Positions 40,254 through 49,738 of a DNA stretch of 64,000 nt are shown here, one piece after another (positions within the stretch are counted from its first letter, which is position 1; each line of letters starts with the position of its first letter). Where the stretch lies: assembly GCA_963790475.1 (NCBI GenBank), contig CAWBOS010000012.1, positions 640,001 through 704,000 on the forward strand. The letters are read 5' to 3'. The notes beneath the pieces were generated by a model that worked only from the letters and a program-made list of their open reading frames with translations, did not search any database and had not been told where the DNA came from. Made by a program: the position numbers and the translations under genes. The stretch comes from an uncultured delta proteobacterium. GTDB lineage: Bacteria > Desulfobacterota > RBG-13-43-22.

Positions 40254-41357
40254 ATGGAAAGAGATATTCGTTTAGATGCCCTCAGGGGTCTCGTGTTGGT
40301 CTGGATGACCATCAATCACTTGAGCGGCCCCCTGCATGCCTACAGTTTTGAAACCCTCGGTTTCCAGTCCTCTGCTGAAGGCTTTGTATTCATTTCAGGA
40401 ATTGTTGCTGGAATGGTCTATGGTCGTATCGGCTTGAATCAAGGCAGGGCCTTTCTGAAAAAACGCGCCTTCCGGCGATTTCTCGATATCTACATGTTTC
40501 ACATGGCGGCCTTTATCGTTGTCATGATCCTTGAAATATCCATAACAAACAAAAATTACGCATCCTTCTTTAGATGGATGAATCCTCTTCCCTTGGAATC
40601 TCCGATGCTCGCCTTGGGCTTGGGAGCCGTATTCCTCATGCAGCCTGCCTTGTTGGACATCCTGCCCATGTATTGTCTATTTTTATTAATGACCCCATTC
40701 ATTATTAATCTTTTTAAAAAGAAATATGGGTGTTGGTGTGTCTTGGCAGGCAGTTTTTTAATATGGGCACCGGCCACTTATACTTCCTGGGACAACCTTC
40801 AAAGATATGGCGAGCATTTCCTTCCCCTTAACTTTGGATTTTTTGATCCCTTTGCCTGGCAATTTCTCTTTGTTGGAGGATTGTTCTTCGGTTTCCGGCG
40901 TTATACCGCCAAAACCGTTCCCATAAAAAAATCTCTGATCATCATTTCCCTACTGATTTGGATCGGGTTATTACTATTTCGTTACAAGATCCTTCCATCC
41001 AATTTATTGGGGTTTGATATTCATTTCTTAACCATCCGGGAAACATTCGGGCCCTTGAGGGTGATCAATTTGGCCGTCATCGCCTACCTCATCACCTGCT
41101 TTGGAAGTCGATTTCCAAAACTCTTGAAATGGCCCTGGTTTTCTTATCTCGGCCAGCATTCTCTTCAGGTTTTTACTTTTCACCTGGTGCTGTTATACTC
41201 AATAATTCCCCTATACAACAGCCTGATTATTCCCGCAGGTTGGACCGGGATCATTGCCGCTGATGTAGTAATTCTCAGCTCATTGACTATTCCGGCCTGG
41301 CTGCATGTCCGGTATCGAAAATTCATGGGCAGAAAAGGATCCGCAGCCAATCCTTGA
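40254..41357 (+). CDS. opgC: OpgC-domain membrane acyl(succinyl)transferase
   Basis: RDIRLDALRG, SSAEGFVFISG, LDILPMY, FDPFAWQ, LGQHSLQVF. TTGACA-18-TATAAC lies upstream. Confidence 0.8.
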   Translation: MERDIRLDALRGLVLVWMTINHLSGPLHAYSFETLGFQSSAEGFVFISGIVAGMVYGRIGLNQGRAFLKKRAFRRFLDIYMFHMAAFIVVMILEISITNKNYASFFRWMNPLPLESPMLALGLGAVFLMQPALLDILPMYCLFLLMTPFIINLFKKKYGCWCVLAGSFLIWAPATYTSWDNLQRYGEHFLPLNFGFFDPFAWQFLFVGGLFFGFRRYTAKTVPIKKSLIIISLLIWIGLLLFRYKILPSNLLGFDIHFLTIRETFGPLRVINLAVIAYLITCFGSRFPKLLKWPWFSYLGQHSLQVFTFHLVLLYSIIPLYNSLIIPAGWTGIIAADVVILSSLTIPAWLHVRYRKFMGRKGSAANP

Positions 41358-41410
41358 CGGCTTCTTCCTTAAAAAAATAAACAAGGCGGATCACGACCAG
41401 GTTGTCTTGA

Positions 41411-43792
41411 CTAACGGTTATATAATAAATGGGTCCCAGTCCAATAAAAAGATCCAGAATTCCTCTCGCTTCTGATCACTCTGCCAGGTTCTGAGACTTT
41501 GAGACCGTAGTAAATGATAAGATCCCCGAAAATTTTGATTGAATAAGTCATCCTCAGCCGGTCCATGGTCCTGGTGAAGGAAAGGGTGTTTTCTTTGGCT
41601 ACGATAAAGGCCGGAGACAGAGAGAAATCCATTCGTTTTTTTAACTTATTAAAATAAGGGAAGGATCCGTTGTATCCCCACATGGAATAATCCTCTCCAT
41701 GGGTTATATCATAGTCTTCCTGAAGGCATTTAATTTTTCCTTGGGTCAGCCGGGTAATTTGTGCCGACAGGCCGATATCGGCATAGACATATTCTATCTT
41801 CTCCTTGGAAAAAAAAGAGACGAGTTCCTCTGCGGGAACAGGATTTGATTTAACCTGTTTGTCTGCTTGATAAACAAATATTTCCCCTATGGACCAGGTC
41901 TGAGGTGCCGGCCCGGTTAGAGTGATTCTTATGAATCGGGTATCCCGGGGGTTGAAATTATTTTCAATCCGTCCGTCCCTTAATTTCCAAAAGGGGCGTC
42001 TACCGGACCAAAACAGGTAGCCCCAATTATTGTTAACGGAAGAGATCTCCTTCCAATCCCTCTCATTACCGGACAGTTCTACTCGATAATAAGCAGGAAA
42101 ATCCCATTCCTTTCCCTTGCCGCACAACAAGATGATTCGATTTATTTTGTAGATCCTTCCCAGGTCGAGTTGATAAAACATCCCGGGCCTTTGTGGAGAG
42201 GATGAAGACCAACCGGAGGATACATTACGGTCGAAAGCCCTTTCAGTTGAGTCCGATCGACTATTACTCTTCCCTTTCCAATGATCAGGAAGAATTTCCA
42301 GACAATCGGCTACCGGCCGCCTAATGTCATAGTAAAGGACATAACCTTTTATCTTTTGATAGGGGGAAAAAATCTCTCGTTTATACGTTCCTCCCATGGC
42401 TTTCAGCATTTCCTCAAAACTTTGAGGGTATTTCCCTTCCAGGACAAAGGCTGGTTCCGATACACTGTCGGCCAGAGAGGTATAAAGGGGGTAACGATCC
42501 TTGAAAGGAAGACTAAACACCGGATTCTCCCGGGCATTAAAAGTCAGTTCGGCGGCACTCCAATACTCCGGTGCATAGACATAGGGGCTTTTTTTCTGCC
42601 TAAGAAAGGTAAAAAGGCCGTGTTCCACCTCGAGTTGTTTTTGGTAGCGAATCGAATTGTTTTTTAAATAAGAGTAAAGGGCCGATTGATGGTAACTCAT
42701 TATTATTAAAAGGACGGCAATCAGCCCGATAAAAAGGGTTTTACTTTTTCCTTTAATGGCCCAACCAAGAAGGGCCAGAGAGAGAGGAATAAGGGAATAA
42801 AGGGGAAGGAAATATCTTGGAGCATTTTGTTCACTAAACCGCGATCCGATATAGAAAAAGCAAAAAGACACAAAAAAGATGAACATCAGGATGGGACCAT
42901 GACAGGAGGGGAATTCCCTTCGATGCCATTTCTTTCCTATCAACAGAAAAAGAAGGCTTACCAGGAAGAGCGCGGCTATCCCATAAGCCATAAAAGAAAT
43001 CTTTCCCTTCAGGGAGGGGTTAAATACTTCCATAAGTCTGTAAAAAAAATTAGAGAATCTTAAAAAATAGTCCGGGTTCTCCGGAGACCGGCTGAAGTTT
43101 AAAAATGGGAACCGATAGAGACTGTTCCATATCCAGAAAGGGACACTGCCCAGGATGAACCCGGAGGCCGCTGTCAGGATCTTGCGTTCCCGTATTAATT
43201 CCCTCTTAAAATAAAGAAGAAAACAGAAGCTGGTCAGGAGATAGACGACACTGATGGGGTAGGTCCACCAGGAGATTCCCCAAAGGAGGCCTAAAAAAAA
43301 GAGGGGAATGAAAGTAATAGGATCTTTTTGAACGGCCAGACGGTGAGAAAACCACAAAATAATATTACCCAGCCACAGGATTTCGATATAACCGCCATAA
43401 GCCAAAGACGAATAAAGGCCAAAGGAAAAGAAAGGTAGGGCGGTCAGGAGCATGCTGAGGAGACCGACATCCCGGTCATAAAGCTCTCGACCGAGCTGAT
43501 AAATGGAAACGATAAAAAGGATTGAAAAAATAAAAGGAATCAGATGCAGACTCAGGCGGTTCATTCCCAAGAAAAGAAAAGACCAGGAGACCAAGAGGGG
43601 TTCAAGAGTCCCACTATAGGAATCGCCGTAATAGAGCCAGGGGAAAGCTCCGTTTAAGATATGCTTTCCCATTAAGCCCACTATGGCCTGATCGGAATCG
43701 AAAGGGAGATTTTGAATCGGCAAAAATTTACTGATTAGGCCGATAGTGAGGATAATTAGAAAACAGCAGGTTGTTCGGATTCGTTGGTTCAC
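41411..43792 (-). CDS. GT-C glycosyltransferase with one discoidin domain; paralog A5
   Basis: FDSDQAIVGLMGKHILNG...YYGDSYSGTLEP; AFDRNVSSGWSS..QLDLG; WSIGEIFVY; ends SFYWTGTHLLYNR. Confidence 0.85.
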   Translation of the reverse strand: MNQRIRTTCCFLIILTIGLISKFLPIQNLPFDSDQAIVGLMGKHILNGAFPWLYYGDSYSGTLEPLLVSWSFLFLGMNRLSLHLIPFIFSILFIVSIYQLGRELYDRDVGLLSMLLTALPFFSFGLYSSLAYGGYIEILWLGNIILWFSHRLAVQKDPITFIPLFFLGLLWGISWWTYPISVVYLLTSFCFLLYFKRELIRERKILTAASGFILGSVPFWIWNSLYRFPFLNFSRSPENPDYFLRFSNFFYRLMEVFNPSLKGKISFMAYGIAALFLVSLLFLLIGKKWHRREFPSCHGPILMFIFFVSFCFFYIGSRFSEQNAPRYFLPLYSLIPLSLALLGWAIKGKSKTLFIGLIAVLLIIMSYHQSALYSYLKNNSIRYQKQLEVEHGLFTFLRQKKSPYVYAPEYWSAAELTFNARENPVFSLPFKDRYPLYTSLADSVSEPAFVLEGKYPQSFEEMLKAMGGTYKREIFSPYQKIKGYVLYYDIRRPVADCLEILPDHWKGKSNSRSDSTERAFDRNVSSGWSSSSPQRPGMFYQLDLGRIYKINRIILLCGKGKEWDFPAYYRVELSGNERDWKEISSVNNNWGYLFWSGRRPFWKLRDGRIENNFNPRDTRFIRITLTGPAPQTWSIGEIFVYQADKQVKSNPVPAEELVSFFSKEKIEYVYADIGLSAQITRLTQGKIKCLQEDYDITHGEDYSMWGYNGSFPYFNKLKKRMDFSLSPAFIVAKENTLSFTRTMDRLRMTYSIKIFGDLIIYYGLKVSEPGRVIRSERNSGSFYWTGTHLLYNR

Positions 43793-44076
43793 GTCACCAT
43801 CTTAGCTTGACATCTGATTGAATTCATAATAACTTTATCAAAAAAATCCAATGGGAACAAGATATTTATATCAATTTAGGCTTCTCCGACTTATTTATGC
43901 CAAGGACCTGCCCGAACTTACACGGACATCCGGCCCGACCAATCCTGTCCGGAGAGGGGCTGACCGGGCCAAGACCGATAAGTCATCCCCCTCACCCCAT
44001 CCCTTCAGTCCGTGGTCGCCGATAGTGGGTTCCCGGCCCGAAAAATGTCTCACGACATATTCGATTAGGTTAAAGC

Positions 44077-47000
44077 ATGGCTAAACGTCCCCTAGTCCTT
44101 TGTCTTGCTCTGTGCCTGATGGCCGGTATCCTTTATTCCTGGCCGATGGTTCGGTATTTTTTTTCGGCTATCCCCTATACCCTTAAGCCCATACCAGGGT
44201 TCGAACGGGTCCCACTAATGCCCGGGGATCACCTGCAGACCTATTACTGGTTTTGGCTGCTGTCGGACAACCTTTTCGGCCACTCGGCCTTTTACACCAA
44301 TCCTTATGAGTTCAACGGTCCTCTGGGCCCGATGAGTGCCGTTTATGCCAATTTCCCTTTTTCCCTTCTTTATGTCGCCCTTTTGTTTTTGGGACCAATC
44401 GGGGCCTATAATGGATTGATCCTACTGTCCTTTTTACTCAGCGGATCAGCCATGTTTCTCCTGGCCCGAATCTGGACCAAGGACCTATGGGCCTCTTTGA
44501 TGGCCGGATTGATCTTTGCCGTCATTCCTTACCGGGTCAGTCATATTGCCGGAGGCCAGCTTTATGGATATGTCATTTTCTTATTGCCTCTTTGTTTATA
44601 TTTTGTAGAGCGGACTTTGACCTCCGGTCGATGGCTGTATGGGGCCGCAAGCGGATTGTGTTTAGTCCTGATGTCTTTGATGGACCCCCATTCCAGCTTA
44701 TTGATGGTACTGACTTTAGGCCTCTATATACCCGGCCGGATTTTGTTGATTCGCTTCGTCCCTATAACTCAAACCCGGGATAAAAACTCCCTTTGGCCTG
44801 GATTGGCGGGGGCTTTGGCTGGCGGTTTCTCGATTTCATCTTTCCTCTGGATTCGGTTGGGGAAAAAAACCGGTCTTCCCTTCTGGCATCCAGACATGCT
44901 TCAAGCTTTCTTTTTGTGGACCCTGCTTTCCCTTTTGTTCTGGTTCTATCTCTCGGCCTTTCTTTCCAGAATGACCACCCTTTCCTTTGCTGAAGCCCGT
45001 CAGCGGACAGGCAAGCTCTTTTTTCTTTTTCTGCCCCTATGGTTTTATGTTTTGAAGTATCGAATGGAACTTCCCCGGCTGGGTTTGATTCTGCCGTTAA
45101 TTGTTTTCGGCCTGTTCTTGACTTTCCTGTTTGCCCTCTGGATGAAACACAGAGAGCGGTTTCTGATGTTTGAACAGCAAAGGATCAGGATGGTCATCAT
45201 CTGGGTAGGATCGGGTTTGTTGATCGCTTCGGCTTATCTGATGTATATGAGGAAAACGGTCATTTTGCCTTCCCTGGCTGGCAAGGGCAGAACCATCTCT
45301 GAAGTCCTGCTTTTTTCTCCAAGGGCGAGCAATTTTTTCTTCTGGCAGGATATCAATTATGAACGATTCATTTTCTTGGGATGGGGACTGGTCCTTTTGG
45401 CTGTCCTGGGAATGATTCCTCTTCTCAAAAAAAATCCCAAGTATCCCGGCCAATCAGCTCTGGCTGGGATCATGGCCTTCCTGGCCCTTATTCTGACCCT
45501 CGGTCCTACGTTGACTTATTTCCCTCTTTATCAAATCCTTTACCGGTATTTCCCCTTCTTTAATTATTCCCGGCGGCCGGACCGCTTTCTGATGGTAGGG
45601 TTGATCTTTCTTTGTCTGCTGGCCGGGATGGCCGTTTCCGCCCTCCGGGAAGGACTGGCTTCAAGGGGATGGGCGGGGTTGAAAAAGGTGTTGCCTGTTC
45701 TTATTATTATAATTGTGTTGGCGGAACTTCACCCCTGGCAGCCTTTAGGACTATCCCTTATGTCCGGAGACAACCCAATTTTTGACCTGATCGACAGACA
45801 ATTGTCACAAGGGGGAAGGGTCCTGGAACTGCCCATCTGGCCGGGGGATTCTCACCAATCTTCTGTCTATGAATACACCGTTACCAGAACCCGAAAACCG
45901 ATGATAAACGGATATGCCCCGGTGGTGTTCCGTGATTATATCCAACAGGTTTTCTGGCCTCTTTTCCCGCTGGATTTTGGAGAACTGAATTTGAACCAGG
46001 CCATGGCTTTGAAGAAACTCAAGGTGGATTTGATTACCTTTCATGATAATTCCATGGTCTACCCGGAAAAAATTAGTCCCTTTCCGCCGAGACTGGTTTT
46101 GAAGCGGTTGATGGCCTCTCCTTTCTTAAAATTGGTTGACCATGATCAGGATGTATTTCTTTTCAAATTCAATTCTGATTTTACGGGAGCCCTGTGGGAT
46201 CGTGAAAATTCTCCTAATCCCAATTTAGTAAGGGGGGCAAAAAGTCCCCCTTTGGCCAAGGGGGAAGGAGAGAAACTTAAAGAGGTGTCTACCATCACCT
46301 CACCGGTTTCGGCCGTTTTTTATGCCAACAATCTGCCCCAAGAAACCGGGCGATATGTGATGGACCCTTCTGCTTCCGGTTATTATCTGCTGATGGATGA
46401 AAAATATCTAAATCAAGGCCGGCTCGTTCCCCGTCCGGGAGAGCGGGGCAACGTGGCTATGGCCGTACCCGGTCAAGATCACCCCGGGTATCTTGCTGTC
46501 AGTCCCAAAAGATATTTCCCGTCTGGGAAATATCTGGCCAGGTTTCGGCTTAAAGCCGGACTTGCCGGATTTGAACAGGGGGTGGGTCGTGTCGAAATTA
46601 TTGAGGGACGAACCAGGGTTGTGGCCCAAAGGATATTGCGAGGCAGCGATTTTCTTCAGGCCGGGACCTGGAGAGACCTCCCCCTGGAATTTGAGATTTC
46701 CCAAGCTGAGGATATCGGATTTAGGGTTTATTTTGCTGGGAATGCCCCTTTTTATTTAAATACGATTCTTGTTGGTTTTGCAGATCAACCGAACGGACCC
46801 GGTTCGGTCGAAGCCGAAGATTTACTCCGTCAAACAGGAAACGTAATTTCCGATCCGCTGGCCTCGGGCCGAGAAGCGGTGTGGGGAAAAGCTGGATTTC
46901 ACCCTCCCGTCTATCTTTGTTACGGCCCCTATCGGACCTTCGAAATGGGCAAGCATAAGGCCGACTTTTTTCTTAGATTAAAAAATCCGCCATCTATCTC

Positions 47001-47211
47001 TGAAAGAGCAGAAGTGGCCCTATTAGAAGTGGCCACCGATCTGGGGAAACGGGTCTTTGCCAGCCGAAAAGTTAAGGCCCGAGAGTTGAGAGCCGATGCG
47101 TACGTGTCGATCGAGTTGAACTTCGAGGTCCCCTTTCGCTGTGAGCTGGGGTATCGGGTCAAATATTCAGGAAAGGCGGACCTCTTGGTGGATCGGATTT
47201 CCGTTGAATAA
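44077..47211 (+). CDS. YfhO-like GT-C glycosyltransferase with two C-terminal carbohydrate-binding-like beta-sandwich repeats
   Basis: PGDHLQTYYWFW, IPYRVSH, RRPDRF, VLELP, MINGYAP. Repeats GYLAVSPKRYFPSGKYLARFRLK and YLCYGPYRTFEMGKHKADFFLRLK. Confidence 0.78.
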   Translation: MAKRPLVLCLALCLMAGILYSWPMVRYFFSAIPYTLKPIPGFERVPLMPGDHLQTYYWFWLLSDNLFGHSAFYTNPYEFNGPLGPMSAVYANFPFSLLYVALLFLGPIGAYNGLILLSFLLSGSAMFLLARIWTKDLWASLMAGLIFAVIPYRVSHIAGGQLYGYVIFLLPLCLYFVERTLTSGRWLYGAASGLCLVLMSLMDPHSSLLMVLTLGLYIPGRILLIRFVPITQTRDKNSLWPGLAGALAGGFSISSFLWIRLGKKTGLPFWHPDMLQAFFLWTLLSLLFWFYLSAFLSRMTTLSFAEARQRTGKLFFLFLPLWFYVLKYRMELPRLGLILPLIVFGLFLTFLFALWMKHRERFLMFEQQRIRMVIIWVGSGLLIASAYLMYMRKTVILPSLAGKGRTISEVLLFSPRASNFFFWQDINYERFIFLGWGLVLLAVLGMIPLLKKNPKYPGQSALAGIMAFLALILTLGPTLTYFPLYQILYRYFPFFNYSRRPDRFLMVGLIFLCLLAGMAVSALREGLASRGWAGLKKVLPVLIIIIVLAELHPWQPLGLSLMSGDNPIFDLIDRQLSQGGRVLELPIWPGDSHQSSVYEYTVTRTRKPMINGYAPVVFRDYIQQVFWPLFPLDFGELNLNQAMALKKLKVDLITFHDNSMVYPEKISPFPPRLVLKRLMASPFLKLVDHDQDVFLFKFNSDFTGALWDRENSPNPNLVRGAKSPPLAKGEGEKLKEVSTITSPVSAVFYANNLPQETGRYVMDPSASGYYLLMDEKYLNQGRLVPRPGERGNVAMAVPGQDHPGYLAVSPKRYFPSGKYLARFRLKAGLAGFEQGVGRVEIIEGRTRVVAQRILRGSDFLQAGTWRDLPLEFEISQAEDIGFRVYFAGNAPFYLNTILVGFADQPNGPGSVEAEDLLRQTGNVISDPLASGREAVWGKAGFHPPVYLCYGPYRTFEMGKHKADFFLRLKNPPSISERAEVALLEVATDLGKRVFASRKVKARELRADAYVSIELNFEVPFRCELGYRVKYSGKADLLVDRISVE

Positions 47212-47344
47212 AGAAAGCCTGAGAACTCTCATAAACGGATATGCCTCGGACCCCCTGCCTCCTTGCGAAGATCACTACCTGGAGGTCAATGCCGCCCGCT
47301 ACCTGGATACCCTGGCTCTTTTAGGTCCGGAGCAAGTCCGTTGA
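47204..47344 (+). pseudogene. Possible truncated 5' remnant of the next gene
   Basis: LNKESLRTLINGYASDPLPPCEDHYLEVNAARYLDTLALLGPEQVR* overlaps the upstream stop and ends exactly where the duplicated promoter block begins. Confidence 0.35.
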
Positions 47345-47388
47345 TTAGGCAAGTTGTATTTTGAATAAATAAGAACCTTTATTTTTTA

Positions 47389-47417
47389 TTGAAATAGCCT
47401 TCAAAAAATTCTATAAT
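47389..47417 (+). promoter_or_regulatory. Sigma70-like promoter (copy 2 of the duplicated upstream region)
   Basis: TTGAAA-17 nt-TATAAT, 85 nt before the ATG at 47503. Confidence 0.65.
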
Positions 47418-47502
47418 ATAACCCAAATATAATTTAAAATTTATTAACGGTCACAAAATAACAAAGACTTTTCAAAATTAAGGCAAAAGAATTTTTCGGG
47501 AG

Positions 47503-49290
47503 ATGGCATTGAAGAAAAAAATTATATTATATTTGGGTTATTTTTTCATCGTTCTATTATCTTGTGCTTTCCAGGGTACAGCCTGGGGTATAACTAATGA
47601 TCTTGTATTCCTTGCCTTCGGCGACAGTATTACCTTTGGTGTTGGCAGCAGTTCAGGCGGACCTGAGACCGGCTACCCGCTCCTGCTTGAACAAAAGCTT
47701 GAATCCACTTTTCCGGGCAATTTTATTTCCATTAATGCCGGTTTACCTGGTGAAGTCCTCTTTGGTGCGGTTGAAAGATTCGAGGAGGCTATAGATACCT
47801 ACAATCCCGATCTGGTTTTGTTGATGGAGGGAACCAACGACCTTAATGGTGGAGTTCCCTTTGAGGACATGGAAAACAGCTTACGGACCATGGTTCTTTA
47901 TGCACTGAATAGAGGTAAAAAAGTCATCATTGGCACCATAGCCCCGGTTACCTTCGGCAGTGATTTGCAGGGGGCTATCGCGGCCTTTAATCCAATAATT
48001 TACAGGATTGCAGCGGATTATAATATTCCAGTAGCCAGAGTTTTTGAATCAATGACCGCCGTTGAAGGATGGGAGACCAAACTTATAGATCCGGTAACAC
48101 TCGAACATCCCAACGATGCCGGATATCAAGTTGTTCGAGACGCCTTCTCTGAACAGGTATCGGCATTAATAGATTCGGGTTTGTTAAAAACAGGAGACCT
48201 TGTTGGTTTTAGTGACTTTGATGGCGATTCTAAGCAGACAACCGACATCCTCTGGCGCCATGATTCTACCGGGCAACTTTATGTCTGGTTGATGAGCGGC
48301 AGCGGCCCTTTCCCTGTTTCTGACGGCTCACCCGGCACTGTCGGTGATCCATACTGGGTTATTAAAAAGACCGCGGATTTTAATCACGATGGCAGGTCCG
48401 ATATCCTCTGGCGCCATGCCTCGAGTGGAGAGCTTTATCTCTGGCTGATGGGTTCGGATGGCAAAACTATCATGAACTGGGGCTCATTAGGTACTGTTGA
48501 TCCTAGTAACCCTATTAATGAGCATAACTGGAAAATAGAAGCCGTCGCTGATTTTAACAAGGATCGCAAGGCCGACATCCTCTTACGTAATGCCTCCACC
48601 GGAGAGCTTTCCCTCTGGCTGATGGACGGCATTACCGTTACTTCCAAAACTTCGTTGGCTGTGGTCGACCCAAATTCGAAAATCATAGAGGTGGCTGACT
48701 TTGACGGCGACGGTGAAGCTGACATCCTCTGGCGCAATGCCGTTACCGGGGAGGTTTTTATCTGGCTGATGGATGGCACCACTATTAAAAACAAGGGATC
48801 CTTAGGTGTGGTCGGCGATTTGAATTGGCAGATTCAGGCGGTAGCCGATTTTAATGGCGACGGTAAAGCCGACATCCTCTGGCGCCATGCCTTTTCCGGG
48901 GAGGTCTTTGTCTGGCTGATAAACGGCACTGCCGTTGCTTCTCAGAACTCCTTGGGTGTGGTCGGCGATTTGAACTGGCAGATTCAGACGGTAGCCGACT
49001 TTAATGGCGACGGTAAGGCCGACATCCTCTGGCGCCATGCCTTTTCCGGGGAGGTCTTTGTCTGGCTGATAAACGGCACTGCCGTTGCTTCTCAGAACTC
49101 CTTGGGTGTGGTCAGCGACTTGAACTGGAAGATCAAAGGGGTAGCTGACTTTGACGGAGACGGTAAGGACGACATCCTCTGGCGCCATGCCGTTACCGGG
49201 GAGGTTTTCCTTTGGTTGATGAACGGTACTACCATTGCTTCTCAGGGCTCGTTGGGCGTGATCAGCGATTTGAACTGGAAAATGAAATGA
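47503..49290 (+). CDS. Secreted SGNH hydrolase fused to FG-GAP/VCBS repeats (beta-propeller)
   Basis: Signal peptide; AFGDSIT, GTND, EHPNDAGY; seven DFxxDxxxDIL(W/L)R repeats. Confidence 0.88.
   Translation: MALKKKIILYLGYFFIVLLSCAFQGTAWGITNDLVFLAFGDSITFGVGSSSGGPETGYPLLLEQKLESTFPGNFISINAGLPGEVLFGAVERFEEAIDTYNPDLVLLMEGTNDLNGGVPFEDMENSLRTMVLYALNRGKKVIIGTIAPVTFGSDLQGAIAAFNPIIYRIAADYNIPVARVFESMTAVEGWETKLIDPVTLEHPNDAGYQVVRDAFSEQVSALIDSGLLKTGDLVGFSDFDGDSKQTTDILWRHDSTGQLYVWLMSGSGPFPVSDGSPGTVGDPYWVIKKTADFNHDGRSDILWRHASSGELYLWLMGSDGKTIMNWGSLGTVDPSNPINEHNWKIEAVADFNKDRKADILLRNASTGELSLWLMDGITVTSKTSLAVVDPNSKIIEVADFDGDGEADILWRNAVTGEVFIWLMDGTTIKNKGSLGVVGDLNWQIQAVADFNGDGKADILWRHAFSGEVFVWLINGTAVASQNSLGVVGDLNWQIQTVADFNGDGKADILWRHAFSGEVFVWLINGTAVASQNSLGVVSDLNWKIKGVADFDGDGKDDILWRHAVTGEVFLWLMNGTTIASQGSLGVISDLNWKMK
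48718..49280 (+). repeat. 150-nt period intragenic tandem repeats
   Basis: gacatcctctggcgc at 48721, 48871, 49021 and 49171; 48871-48963 is identical to 49021-49113. Confidence 0.9.
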
Positions 49291-49738
49291 GGGGAATCGA
49301 CTCTTAAATTTCTACCTAAAAATTAGTCAAAGATTAAGATCAAAATTTTTATGACCTTGATCTATTCCTCTGAATAAAGTATGCCATCTTCACCATTCAT
49401 TACGACTCCAACTTTCCCGTATTTTCCAGAACTGAACCCTGACGAACGAGCCTAGAACGATCCTGGATTGGCGTTACCCCTGGGCCAAAGTTAATTTTAC
49501 ATATTCACTTACCCGGAATGAAGGACGAACCGGTTTCCCTAGTGAACAAAGAAGCTTTATGCTGGATCCTGGATTCTTGGGCTAGGTGTTAAATACTATT
49601 TTTAGTGGAGATATTTCGAAATAGGCCAAGACAGGATAAGGACCGATGTTTTTTATTCTAAGATAATTCTCGTCTAAGCTGAGATAAATATCATGAAGGA
49701 ATTAACCCACGGCCTCTTCCAATCCCGGGGCATAAGGT

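Noticed and set aside
48718-49280. Regularly spaced repeats as a CRISPR array
   Set aside because: The period is 150 nt and in frame, the units are similar along their whole length with no unique spacers, they encode FG-GAP blades, and there are no cas genes.
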